A DNA stretch of 64,000 nt from Octopus sinensis (lineage: Eukaryota), in assembly GCF_006345805.1 (NCBI RefSeq), contig NC_043003.1, positions 62,806,001 to 62,870,000 on the forward strand. The letters run 5' to 3'. The notes under the pieces were generated by a model. It saw only the letters and a program-made list of their open reading frames with translations. It did no database searches and was not told the origin of the DNA. Positions 25,313-37,958 of this stretch are shown piece by piece; position 1 is the stretch's first letter, and every line of letters begins with the position of its first letter. Made by a program: the position numbers and the translations under genes.

Positions 25313-25689
25313 GTTTTACTTTGTGTTTTATTTTCATTTTTCTTAATTGCTCCCAGTCTTTGTCAGTAATGTCACAATGGAATCTGTCCTTCACCATTCC
25401 TGCCTAACAGCTTAAACATACTGTCACTAGCAACACACAGCATCAAAACTGAGTGAAACAGAGTTTATTTAATGGGATAGCCCTTATAGTATCATCTAAG
25501 GAACTGTCTGCACCAAAGGATGCACCACAACCAGTTGTGCAGTATCCCACCCATGAGCAATCAATGCAAGATGCATCAAAACAATCTTTGTGAGCAATAA
25601 AGTTTCCTGTATATTCCATTTTCTATTTCTATCATATATATATATATACCACACACGTATATGCGTATACATGCACACAAAAATATATA

Positions 25690-26019
25690 TCGTATTTGAT
25701 GGCCTGTAAGATGCACAAGTGCATAGGACGCACCCTAGTCTAGGCTATACTTTTGTAAAATAAATTACCACTAAAATAATGTTTTAATTCCTCCGCTTAC
25801 CTGTATAACTTTGTTATTACCTGTAATTATAAGCAATTTATTGCATCCACATTCGATATGAACATACTGTTGGTGATTGCTCACCAACAGATGGCAGCAA
25901 ACGTTTTGTAAACATACATACCGTTTTGAGCCTACATTGAGTGCATTGGATGCAGGAGGGGTTTTAAAACCATTTTGGGGTAAAAAAAAAAGGTGCTTCT
26001 TATAGGCCATCAAATACTG
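25690..26019. mobile_element. pogo/Tigger-like MITE
   Basis: TIRs TCGTATTTGATGGCCTGTAAGATGCAC and GTGCTTCTTATAGGCCATCAAATACTG, with TA on both flanks. Confidence 0.85.
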
Positions 26020-26814
26020 TATGTATATATATAAACTCATATAGATAGGCACATACAAGGGACAGCACTCTAGAGCAATATACCATTAGACCAGTTCAAA
26101 TAAACTGTATATATGTATTATTTGTATGTATACATGTATACATAGTCACAGAAAACATACAGAAACCTCAGAAGGTATACCACAAAGTAAATACTAGTTT
26201 TCTTTTTATTGATATCATCCAAATTCATTAGTTCTGTGTATTTATATTATATAGACACTAATCAGCACCTTATCTGGATGTTAATTAGTGGTAAAGTACT
26301 CTGTGTAAATAAATGACCCAATTAGATATATCAAGTCATGACTTTTTGAGATAGACGGCAATTTAATGACCACATAAATAACTTTCAGTTGATTCATGGT
26401 TTCCTAATATTTTTGTCCAAATGAAATAGTCTGGAAATATTTTATGATCTCGGTAAAATGGGATTTTGCAGTTTGTTGTTTCTCTTCAGCATTCTCGTTC
26501 TTTTACACTTAACACCTTGTTGCTTGCAGCAAGTACCCCTAGGAACCTGTGTGTGTGTGTATGTGTGTGTGTGTCCTTGTAATAATGGATAATGAGGTAA
26601 ACAGACATTGAGATAGAGCTACATTTCATTTTGTTTCAGTCACTGGGGGAATGACATAGCCAGATTTTAAAGTTAGGGGGGGAGCAAACACCTAAAGTCG
26701 AGTGCTGTGACACACACCAAACAATTTTTAGCTTATTTCTCTTATCATCATCATCATCATCGTTTAGCGTCCACTTTCCATGCTGGCATGGATTGGATGG
26801 TTCAACTGGGGTAT

Positions 26815-26947
26815 GGGAAGCCAGAAGGCTGCACCAGGCCCGGTCTGATCTGGCAATGTTTCTATGGCTGGATGCCCTTCCTAATGCCATCCAGCCGTAG
26901 AAACATTGCCAGATCAGACTGCGCCTGGTGCAGCCTTCTGGCTTCCC
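26815..26947. repeat. 60-bp inverted repeat with 13-nt loop inside an RTE tail
   Basis: The arms are identical at 57 of 60 positions. Confidence 0.95.
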
Positions 26948-27290
26948 AAAATATTTCATTAGTTATAAGATATGTAATTGTATTCTACATTCATTAATTC
27001 CCCGTTTCAGTAATGATGCCATTATGTATGAAACTTGCAACTGTTGATATAAGTGTGGCCTGAAAGAGATGAAACTCCATGGCATCGTTCAGTGTTGAGA
27101 GGTTGATGTCAGGGTTTGTTTTGGTTCTTCAGATGTCAGCAACCCCTGGCACATCACAGGAGATTGAGCAGATAGTTCAAAAACATGGGAATTTGCTCAA
27201 ATACAGTAATGACTCCAGAAAGTTTCTTCCCAAGTCATATGATTAACAAAAGACAAAAAAATGACTTTTATCACATGTGGTTGTGTGGTA

Positions 27291-27521
27291 AGGCGGCGAG
27301 CTGGCAGAAACGTTAGCATGCCAGGCAAAATGCTTAGTCGTATTTCATCTGCCACTACGTTCTGAGTTCAAATTCCGCCGAGGTTGTCTTTGACTTTCAT
27401 CCTTTCAGGATCTATAAATTAAGTACCAGTTATGTACTGGGGTCAATGTAATCGACTTCATCCTTTTGCCCTTGTTTTTCCCCTCTATATTTATCCTCTT
27501 GTGGGCAAATAAAGAAATAAG
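27291..27521 (+). mobile_element. SINE family B2 inserted into a SINE C head
   Basis: B head with tail CTCTTGTGGGCAAATAAAGAAATAAG. Flanks GTGTGGTAAG and AAGCTTG rejoin a C head. TAAG is a possible TSD. Confidence 0.85.
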
Positions 27522-27916
27522 AAGCTTGTTTCCCAACCACATGGTCCCGGGTTCACTCCCACTGTGTGGCATCTTGGACAAGTGTCTTCTACTACGGCCT
27601 CAAGCTGACCAAAGCCTTGTGAGTGCACTTGGTAGATGGAAACTGAAAGAAGCCTGTTGTATAAAAGTCTGCAAGCTCCTGCCTGGCCAGATCCTGTCAA
27701 ACCAGCTAACCCATGCCAGCATGGAAGGTGGACATTAAACGATCATTTTATATATATATTCCTTATATTGTTGAATGTATATTATATAGTCTTTGACTAT
27801 TTTTTCTTTCTCACTAGACCGCTGGTAGCGGAGAATTTTTTCTAGAATTTTTTGCTACCCTTATATTTATTATATATATATATATATACTTAATTTAAAG
27901 CAGCAGAAAATTCAAC

Positions 27917-27963
27917 AAAACCTGTTACTCTGAGTTCCACATTCCCGTTCGTCGGACAGTTTT
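27917..27963 (-). ncRNA. Degenerate type-I hammerhead ribozyme motif
   Basis: AAAACTGT-CCGACGA-ACG-GGAA-TGT-GGAA-CTC-A-GAG-TA-ACAGGTTTT. Stems I-III pair and the cleavage triplet is GUA. There are two core substitutions (U4C, A13G). Confidence 0.6.
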
Positions 27964-28065
27964 TGCTAGATTTAAATAAAGCATATTACTGGTATTTGAT
28001 GGTACTCTTTTTTCCACCTTGTTTCACATTTATGTGTTTACTCCGGTGTGTATATATATATATAT

Positions 28066-28226
28066 AGGCACATGAGCGGCTGTGTGGTAGGTAGCTTGCT
28101 TACGAACCACATGGTTCTGGGTTCTTTCCCACTGCGTGGTACCTTGGGCAAATGTCTCCTACTGTAGCCTCGGGCCGACTAAAGCTTTGTGTGTGGATTT
28201 GGTTGACGGAAACTGAAAGAAGCCCG

Positions 28227-28262
<36 letters not shown>

Positions 28263-28458
28263 GTTTGTGTGTCTGTGTTTGTCCCCCCAACATCGCTTGA
28301 CAACCAATGGTGGTGTGTTTACGTCCCCTTAACTTAGCGGTTCAGCAAAAGAGACCGATAGAATAAGTACTAGGCTTTCAGAGAATAAGTCCTGGGGTCA
28401 ATTTGCTCAACTAAAGGTGGTGCTCTAGCATGGCTGCATTCAAGTAAAAGAGTAAATA
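28066..28458 (+). mobile_element. Full-length SINE C1
   Basis: A/B boxes, internal (TA)n, and GGTGCTCTAGCATGG..CAAGTAAAAGAGTA tail. Confidence 0.85.
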
Positions 28459-30084
28459 TATATATATATACATACACACACACATGTGTGTGTATGTGTA
28501 TCTGTGTGTATATCCCCAATCACTGCTTGACAACTGATGTTAGTCTGTTTATGTCCCTGTAACTTAGTGGTTTAGCAAAAGAGACTGATGGAATTAGTAC
28601 CTCGCTTCAAAAAAGTCTTGGGGGTCAATTTGCTCAACTAAAACCTTTCAAGTCAGTGCTCCAGCATGGCCAGTATGACTGAAACAAGTGAAAAACTAAA
28701 GAGTTTTTTAAAATTATTGAAACGGGGCCAGTTTTGGAAAACTTGTTTGTGGGGAGTGCTCACTCCCCTTACTCTCCTAACAGCTGTTCCGCTGCATTGG
28801 GCTGCAGGCCATACTGGGACATTGCCTTGAAGGGTTTTAGTTGAGCAAATTCCCCCTGGCACATTTAATAAGTTTGATACTTCTCTTTGTCTCTTTTGTC
28901 AAACTGCTAAATTATGAGGGCGTAGACAAGCCAATATCAGTTGCTAAGCATAAATTTTACTCCAGCAACCTTTCACTTCAATCCAAATTGAAGAGTAAAA
29001 ATCATAAAAACTTTAAATACTTTAGATGTTTTTTTAATACATTTTCAGAAAAAATAGATGTGACATTTATAGTCAATTTTCAACACTTCACCACAAATAC
29101 CGTTCTTTCTCAATCAAATCAAACAACTAATTCTCATTTAGTTTGCTTCTCGTGTCCTTTCTTAAATCTATTGACTTCAAAATCACTTCTGTTCTACATT
29201 TGTTTGTAATAGTTTTGTGATGTTTTTGTTAATTTCTTTTGCCTTGTTTATATCATTCATTTGTCACAAACACTATTTTATTGTTGTAATTAAGAATTAT
29301 TTTTATGTTTCTGTTGTTTGGTTTTGTGTTGTTTTTGTTATTGAACTGTTGTTTAAAACAGATCAGTGTAATTGTATCAGAATGTTCAAATACTTTCGTT
29401 TTTACTCATTCTTGCTGCTTAACCCTTTACCTGTCCAAATTGTTTTCATTAGTTTGTTCTAAATGACTGTGCTTATCTTTAGACTTTCAGTTAGCCCTTG
29501 TTTCATATGAGTCATTTAGTAACAGACCATCGTAAGCGCCATAACTTAAAAACCGAGAAAAACGCAAATTCACGACATTCAGAATGTGATATCTCAGCAA
29601 GGAATGATGTCAGGAAGCTGGTTTTGGTCTTAAAATGACCATGAAGATTTCCTCTAATCATTATTTATTTATGTAAGCATCTGAAAGATGACACAAGGAC
29701 TGTCGTCTTTCTCATTTTGTAGAATATACCAGTACTATGAAACGACGTATCACATTGCATATTTTAGCCATAATATCTAGGAAAAACATGCAGAGAACCC
29801 CCCCACCGCCCACAAGGTATTGTTTGTGTTCTAATATATCAAGGTAAGTATCTTTAAGAGTTAAGACAAAATAGTAAGATAACAGCCCATTATCGTTACG
29901 ATTAGTAACAAGGAATATTAGAAAATGAAACATAACAGCAGATGAGTACACATCTATCATTGGCCAGCTGGCCTCCTCACAATACGTGTGTGCTTACAAT
30001 GGTCATCATCATCGTTTAATGTCTGCTTTCTTATATACCTTAATATACACAAGCATTCATGTATTTATATACATCCATTTATAC

Positions 30085-30775
30085 ATAGGTGCAGGTGTGG
30101 TTGTGTGGTAAGAAGATTGCTTCTCAACCACATGATTCCAGGTTTAGACCCACTGCATGGCATCTTGGGCAAGTGTCTTCTACTACCTTGTGAGTGGATT
30201 TGGTAGACGGAAACTGAAAGAAGCCCGTTGTGTGTGTATGTGTGTGTGTGTCATCATCATCATCACCCTCGTTTAATGTCCACTTTCCATGCTAGCATGG
30301 GTTGGACGATTTGACTGACGACTGGCAAACCAGATGGCTGCACCAGACTCCAGTCTGATCTGGCAATGTTTCTACAGCTGGATGCCCTTCCTAATGCCAA
30401 CCACTCCGAGAGTGTAGTGGGTGCTTTTACATTCCACCGGCACGAGGACCATTCAGGCGGTACTGGCAGCGGCCACGCTCAAATGGTGCTTTTTATGTGC
30501 CAACTGCACAGGAGCCTGTCCAGCGGCTCTGGCAACGACCTTGCTCAAAGGTTTTTTCCTATGCCACCAGCACGAGTGCCAGTAAGGTGATGCAGGTAAC
30601 GATCATGCTTGAATGGTGCTTTTTATGTGCCACTGGCACGGAGGCCAGCTTGTTGCTCTGGCAACGATCATGCTCGTATGGTACTCTTAGCACTCCACTA
30701 GCACGGATGCCAGTCATCAAATTTGATTTCGATATATATATATACATATATATATATATACATATATATACACAC

Positions 30776-30837
<62 letters not shown>

Positions 30838-31065
30838 ATGTGTGTATATATATATATAAGTTTGTGTGTTTGTGTTTGTCCTCCCACCATTGCTGGACAA
30901 CTGATGTTGGTGTGTTTACGTCCCCACAACTTAGCAATTCAGCAAAAGTGGCCAGTAGAATAAGTACTAGGCTTACAAAAATAAGTCCTGGGGGTTGATC
31001 TCTTCAACTAAAGGTGGTGCTCCAGCATGGTTGCAGTCAAATGACTGAAACAAAAGAATATATGT
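30085..31065 (+). mobile_element. SINE C1 split by a minus-strand RTE 3' UTR (30250-30725)
   Basis: C head at 30085-30240 and C1 tail at 30860-31065, with the RTE array between them. Confidence 0.75.
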
Positions 31066-31234
31066 ATGCACACATGCTCAGACACACACATAAATACATA
31101 TAGATTTGCACAAACTCACCCTCATACACACTTATATGCAAATATAAATATACATAGACATATGTATACAACGTCATTCATACATGCACACATTTTTCAT
31201 ATGCTTATACATACTTACACATATATATATATAT

Positions 31235-31478
31235 CACGTGACACGTGCCCAACCAGTCCATCAGATGTAGTTACCCATCGCTGGTCACAATGCATTCGCA
31301 TTGTTTTAGCCTTCGAATGACACCACCCCACTGGCTAAGCGAGCAGGCCAACAGAAGAATGAGTGGGAGAAAGAGTGGTGAAAGAGTACAGCAGGGATCA
31401 CCACACCCTGCTGGAGCCTCGTGGAGCTTTTAGGTGTTTTCGCTCAATAAACACTCACAACGCCTGGTCTGGGAATGA
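31235..31478 (-). mobile_element. SINE family D2
   Basis: Shares the GTGAAAGAGTACAGCAGGG..CTCAATAAACACTCACAA body with 53891-54257 but has a different tail. Confidence 0.75.
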
Positions 31479-31522
31479 CCAGCGATTATAATTATTTTTA
31501 TTTTATCGCAATTTGATTTGTT

Positions 31523-31583
<61 letters not shown>

Positions 31584-31611
31584 ACACACTTATGTCTCAA
31601 TCTTTACATAT

Positions 31612-31990
31612 AGGCTCCGGCATAGTTGTGTGGTTAGGAGCTTGCTTCCCATCCACACAGTTGCAGGTTCAGTCCCACTGCATGGGGACTTTGTGCAAGT
31701 GTCTTCTACTAAAGCCTTGGGCCAACCAAAGCCTTGTGAGTAACTTCATTGATGGAAACTGAAAGAAGCCTGTCATATACATGTGTTTGTGTCTGTTTGT
31801 CTCCACCACAACTTGACATCCAGTGTTGCTGTGTTTATGTCTCTATAACTTAGCAGTTTGGCAAAAGAGACTGATAGAAAAAGTACCGATCTTAAAGAAA
31901 TATAAGTTGTGGGGTCAATTCATTTGACTAAAAATTCATCCTGACAGTGCCCCAGTATGGCAGCAGTTTAATGACAGAAGCAAGTAAAAG
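31612..31990 (+). mobile_element. SINE C1
   Basis: Head, microsatellite and C1 tail in order. Confidence 0.75.
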
Positions 31991-32486
31991 ATATATATAT
32001 ATACACATGCATATAAATGGATGTATAATTTACATACAAACATACATACATGCATACATATTTTTACATGCATACATGGCTAGCATGCACAAAAATACCA
32101 TAAAGGCAAAATTATTGATTAATAATGACGGGTTCTACTTGTTGCACTGTTGCACCAGCATGCTAAAAATAGCAGTCAGAATGACTCAAAACCACAGTTA
32201 ATATATTTTATATACCCATCAAGCTGAGCAAAACTTGAGAAGACCAATCAGCCTGAGCAAACGCAGTCATGGCAGGTACCAATGTCATACAATTAGCACC
32301 CGTGCTGGTGGCACATAAAAGCATCCACTACACTCTTGGAGTGGTTGGCATTAGGAAGGGCATCCGGCCACAGAAAACCATGCCAAATTAGAATGGAGCC
32401 AGGCACAGCCTTTCCAGCATACCAGCCCAGTTAAACCATCCAACCCATGCCAGCATGGACAACGGACGTTAAATGATGATGATGAA

Positions 32487-32517
<31 letters not shown>

Positions 32518-33846
32518 TACATCATCATCGTTTAGTATCCATTTTACATACACATACACACACATGTATACAAATATCTATGCACTCTTACTGCCCGTTC
32601 CTTTTTTCATGTGAGCATATACCAATACACTTACATTTTTAATAGTTCTGTAAAGTCACATATAAGCAACATTGATATTTACACACACAAACAGCCATGT
32701 TATTAGAAGCATATATTATTATTACTTCCATACTAGTACATAAATATTGTAAATATGTAGTCTACATCAACACCACATATTGAATTTCAGGTGCAAAGTT
32801 TACACAACTTCCAGAGCAATTCCTGATATTTTAGAAGAGACTGCAACTTAAAATATGAAACTTATATATTTGAAGTAAAGTACATCTAGCATATATATAT
32901 ATATACTCCCTTTCCAGCTGACTTTCATAAAAAACATGTAAGAAATAAAGTTAAATTTAAAATATTTAAATTAAAGCCATGTATTTTAAGTAGGGTACAC
33001 ATAACATTCTTGTTGCTATTTTTTTTAGCTGATTCTCGAAAATATGAAAAGAATTAAAATTGGATTTGTTACACGGACTCATTTATATATATTATGGATG
33101 CATGGCTTTTTTGCATTCATGCAGGAAATACCATTAGTATGCACATATGTGGTGTAAAATTTATATATACATACATTTCCATGCATAACACATATCTTTT
33201 ATCTTTCACTGTGGCCATGCTGGGGCACTGCCATAAAGGGTTTTAGTCAAGTGAATTCACCTCAGTGCTCATTTTAGTTTAAAAGCCTGGTACTTTTTCT
33301 GTGTCCTTTATTGAACCGTTAAGTTATGGGAATGTAAACAAACCAACACCAGTTATGAAGTGGTGATGGGTAGAAAAACACAAAAACATACGTGTGTGTG
33401 TGTGTGTGTGTGTGTGTATACAACAGGCTTCTGATACTTTCCATCTACCAAATCCTTCACAAGGCTTTGGTTAGACCAGGGCTATAGTAGGACCAAGGTG
33501 CACACAGTAGGCCTGTACCATGTAATTATATACATGCACACGTGTATAATATATATGCATCACGTAAAAAGCACCTACTACACTCACGGAGTGGTTGGCG
33601 TTAGGAAGGGCATCCAGCCGTAGAATCACTGCCAGATTTGACTGGGCCTGATGAAGCCTTCTGGCTTCACAGACCCCAGTAGAACCGTCCAACCCATGCT
33701 AGCATGGAAAATGGACGCTAAACAATGATGATGATGATAATATATACACATCCTAATAAAGATAACAAAGGAATTAATTGGAAAATGAAGTTTGCATAAT
33801 TATCTGTAGATATGCACACATATATATATGCATATAAATATATATA

Positions 33847-33885
<39 letters not shown>

Positions 33886-33889
<4 letters not shown>

Positions 33890-34730
33890 GTCATCCCATA
33901 AATAATGTGGTTCTTTTATACTTCTTTTATTTTTCAAAATTAAGATAAAGTTCTTTTTTTAATCTAAGATATACTTTCCTTCATTTTCTACAATGCTCTT
34001 CCATCAATCTGGTAGACTTGCAAGACCCCTCTTACACAAATCACTTGTCTGTGATGAAAAACACTCCTCCAGTACTGTTCTGACCTCATCTACAGAATTC
34101 ATATTTTTTCCATCCAAATGATTTTGAAGACTGTGGAATAAATGATAATCAGATGGGGCAATGTCTGGCAAATATGGTGGTGGGGCATTGGTTCCCATTT
34201 AAATTGCTCCAACCTTTGGAATGTCAACCTCAAGCATTATCCTGATGGAAGAACATCTTTCACTTTGAAACCAAAGATAGTCATTTTTCTTCTAGTGCTG
34301 ACTTAAGCCACTCAAGCTGCTCACAGTAGATCTCCTTTGTTATCGTTTGGTTTGGGTTTAAAAGTTCAGAGTAAACCTTTCATATCCCACCAAACAGATA
34401 ACATCTTACATGGGTGAAGAAACTTCTTTAGCCTGGGTTGCTGGTGTTTCTCCTTTCTCTACCTATTGTCTTTGGTGCTTGACATTTTTATGGAGAACCC
34501 TTTTCTCATCATCAGTCACTATTCTGTCCAAAAAGGGTTCATTCGTAAGATGTGACAGCAAAAAAGAGCAAACATTCACTCTATGCACATGACTCAGAGA
34601 ATTTGAGAAGAACCCATTTACCCAATTTGCTGTCTTTTTTTGATGGCACACGTGTTGATGAATGGCTGGATGACCAAATCCAAGATTCTCTGCTAGATCT
34701 TCAACAGTTATGATGGAATATTGTTCCATG
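33886..34730 (-). mobile_element. Decayed mariner transposon
   Basis: Reads FLDRIVTDDEKRVLHKNVK, HQDNA and PYLPDIAPSDYHLFHSLQNHL. The TIR-like end is TA-TTGGGTCATCCCATAAATAA. Confidence 0.85.
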
Positions 34731-34733
34731 AGA

Positions 34734-34950
34734 GTGACACATAAAAGGCACCTATAATGGTGACACACAAAAGGCACCCATGACGGTCACTCGTAAAAGG
34801 CACCTGTGATGGTCACTCGTAAGAGGCACCTGCTACACAGCTAAGAAGGGTATCCAGTTGTAGAAATCAAGCTCTCTGGCTTAACCAGTTCCAGTCAAGC
34901 TGTCCAACCTAGGCCAGCATGGAAACCTCATGCTAAATGATGATGATATG
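34734..34950 (+). mobile_element. RTE tail with a 26-bp unit array
   Basis: Four units of GT(G/C)AC..(A/G)TAAAAGGCACCTGTGATG precede the terminal motif. Confidence 0.7.
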
Positions 34951-35329
34951 CCCAATCAGTTTTTGCTTATATATTCAATTTCATTTCTGTACATATATCC
35001 AATTAAATGCTTATATTTTGTATTCATTCTTGGAATATTCTTTTCAAGAGTTTCTTGCTTTTATATTCAGACTTAGCTTGATAATTGAAGATGTTAAAAT
35101 TAGGATTTAATTTTTCAACTTCATAAACATATTTTAATACTCAAGTTTCTCTGTCAAATATATTCTTTTCTCCTACTTTTCAGTTTCCACTGAAGTCTGC
35201 TTACTCAACCATCTACACACACATGCACTCACTCTCGTACACACACACTCACACATACCAATACACATACAGGCATAGAGAATACCTTTTCTTTTGTTTG
35301 TTACATAAACTTATATATACATATATGTA

Positions 35330-35366
<37 letters not shown>

Positions 35367-35567
35367 CAGCAAAAATTTAGATTCAGATGAATATGGTACT
35401 TAAGTTAAAGGCACCAGAATTTGGCATGGTATTATCCATATAAATCAAATGGGGTGATTATAATCAAAATAAGCAACAGGGATATCCAAAGGTAGTGTAG
35501 TACGATCGTTTCATGCTACTTCATTTAATTAAACAATGTAAGTATTACATCAGTTTTAAAATGTAGA

Positions 35568-35599
<32 letters not shown>

Positions 35600-35604
<5 letters not shown>

Positions 35605-35778
35605 CACAGAAGTAGCTGTGTGGTAAGTAGCTTGCTTACCAACCACAGGGTTCTGGATTCAGTCCAAGTGCATGGTATCTTGGGCAAGTGTCTTCTACTA
35701 TAGCCTTGGGCTGACCAAAGCCTTGTGAGTGGATTTGGTAGACGGAAACTGAAAGAAGCCTGCATATATATATATGTG

Positions 35779-35809
<31 letters not shown>

Positions 35810-35925
35810 CCCCCCCCCCCCCGCATCACTTGACAACCAATGCTGGTGTGCTTATGTCCCCGTAACTTAGCGGTTTGGCAAAAGAGACCAATAAAATAAG
35901 TACTAGGCTTACAAAGAATAAGTTT
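35600..35925 (+). mobile_element. SINE C, 3'-truncated
   Basis: C head and body; stops after CTTACAAAGAATAAG. Confidence 0.8.
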
Positions 35926-36011
35926 TCTTTGTATTGTCTATCTGGATGTTTTGTTGTCTCTTTTTTGTATTACCTAACTGTCTGGATATTTTGCATTCTT
36001 GTCCCATTTTG

Positions 36012-36062
<51 letters not shown>

Positions 36063-36074
36063 CATATGCACACA

Positions 36075-36307
36075 TAGTAATTCCTCAACTATCACGGGTG
36101 TTACATTCTAGAAACCGCCACAGTAGGTGAAAATCCATGAAGTAGAAACACTACTGTACTGTATATTTCTTTTATTATTTTCATAATTTGTATATATTTT
36201 ATTACTGATGCAAAGCAAAACCATGGACGAATTGACATAAGCTTAAATAATAAACCACATCAGGTGAACCACAATAGGTGAACCATGATTATGACAAGAG
36301 ATTACTG
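36075..36307. mobile_element. Tigger-like MITE
   Basis: Ends TAGTAATTCCTC and GAGATTACTG-TA. Confidence 0.65.
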
Positions 36308-36619
36308 TATATGAAAAGGTAAAAGAGATTAATAAATTCAGGCTGATATCTAAGGAAACACTCAGTGCTCAGCAAATTTGGTTAACTCTATCAGATACCA
36401 ATAAATCCAAATAGAATTAACATCCAGGGTAATTCCTCGTGTATGAAAAGTAGATCCAAATATCACTTAGAGGAATTTCAAGAAATCTAGAGTAATTGAC
36501 AACAGGAGCAAGAATGAAGAAAATCATAGCTTTAATTAATGACTACACCATACATAACCAATAATCATTTCTATTGTGCCAGCACATTTAGATATAGAAA
36601 GAGGTAGAAATCAATATTC

Positions 36620-36810
36620 TTTTGCTTGTTTCAGTCATTTGACTGTGGTCATGCTGGGGCACTGTCTTTAGTCGAGCAAATCAACCCCAGGACTTATTCT
36701 TTGTAAGCCTAGTACTTATTCTATCGGTCTCTTTTGCTGAAGCGCTAAGTAATGGGGATGTAAACACACCAGCATTGGTTGTCAAGTGATGCTTGGTAGA
36801 CACACACACA

Positions 36811-36847
<37 letters not shown>

Positions 36848-36990
36848 CAGGCTTCTCTCAGTTTCTGTCTACCAAATCCACTCACAAGGCTTTGGTCGGC
36901 CCGAGGCTATAGTAGAAGACATTTTCCCAAGGTGCCATACAGTAGGACTGAACCCAGAACCATGTGGTTGGTAAGCAAGCTACTTACCAT
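36620..36990 (-). mobile_element. Full-length SINE C1
   Basis: Reverse complement of the element at 44821-45231. Confidence 0.85.
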
Positions 36991-37207
36991 CAAGTTTTTG
37001 TATTTGGTTTGCAAGATTCTTTGTGTGAATTTGTGTTTTGAAGCATAATTTATTGTCTGGGGAGAGTCATTCTCTTTTAATGCCTTATTATTTAACACAT
37101 TCACCCTAAGATTGCAGTGTTAAATTAATAAGGCTCTAAAAGAGAATGCCTCACCTCAGATACAAAATGTTTATCAAGGTAACCCGAAATAGGCTAAATT
37201 CAAAATG

Positions 37208-37241
<34 letters not shown>

Positions 37242-37578
37242 TTTGGCTGAGTGGTTAAGAAGCTTACTTTGCAATCACATGGCTATGAGTTCAGTCCTAC
37301 TTTGCAACACAATGGGCAAATTTTGTCTACTGTAGCCCTGGGCTGACCAATGCTGTGTGAGTGGGTTTGGTAGAATGATGCTGTATGGAAGACCATTGTG
37401 TGTGGATGAGTTTGTTTGTCCTTATAACTTAGCTGTTCAGCAAAAGAGACCAATAGAATAAGTGCCAGATTTATTAAATATGTCTTGGTGTTGATTTATT
37501 CAACTAAAACTTCAAGGTGACATGACGACATGGCTGCAATCCAATCACTGAAACAAAATATGAGATAAAAGACACACA

Positions 37579-37925
37579 TTCTCTCTCTCTCTATCTCTCT
37601 CCCTCTTTCTCTATCTTTCTCTCTTTCTTTCTCTCTCTTTCTTTCTCTCTCTTTCTTTCCATCTCTCTCTTTCTTTCCATCTCTCTCTTTCTTTCTATCT
37701 CTCTTTCTCTCTCTCTCTGTTTCTATCTCTCTTTCTATCTCTCTCTCTCTTTCTATCACTCTCTTTCTTTCTCTTTCTCTCTCTTTCTTTCTCTCTTTCT
37801 TTCTTTCTCACTCTTTCTCTCTCTCACTCTTTCTCTCTCTCTCTCTCTTTCTCTCTCTCCCACTCTTTCTCTCCCTCTCACACTTTCTCTCTTTCTCTTT
37901 CTTTCTCTCTCTCTTTCTCCACTCA

Positions 37926-37958
<33 letters not shown>
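37579..37958. repeat. ~380-bp compound (CT)/(CTTT)/(CA) microsatellite
   Basis: Near-pure polypyrimidine tract followed by (CA)n. Confidence 0.95.
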
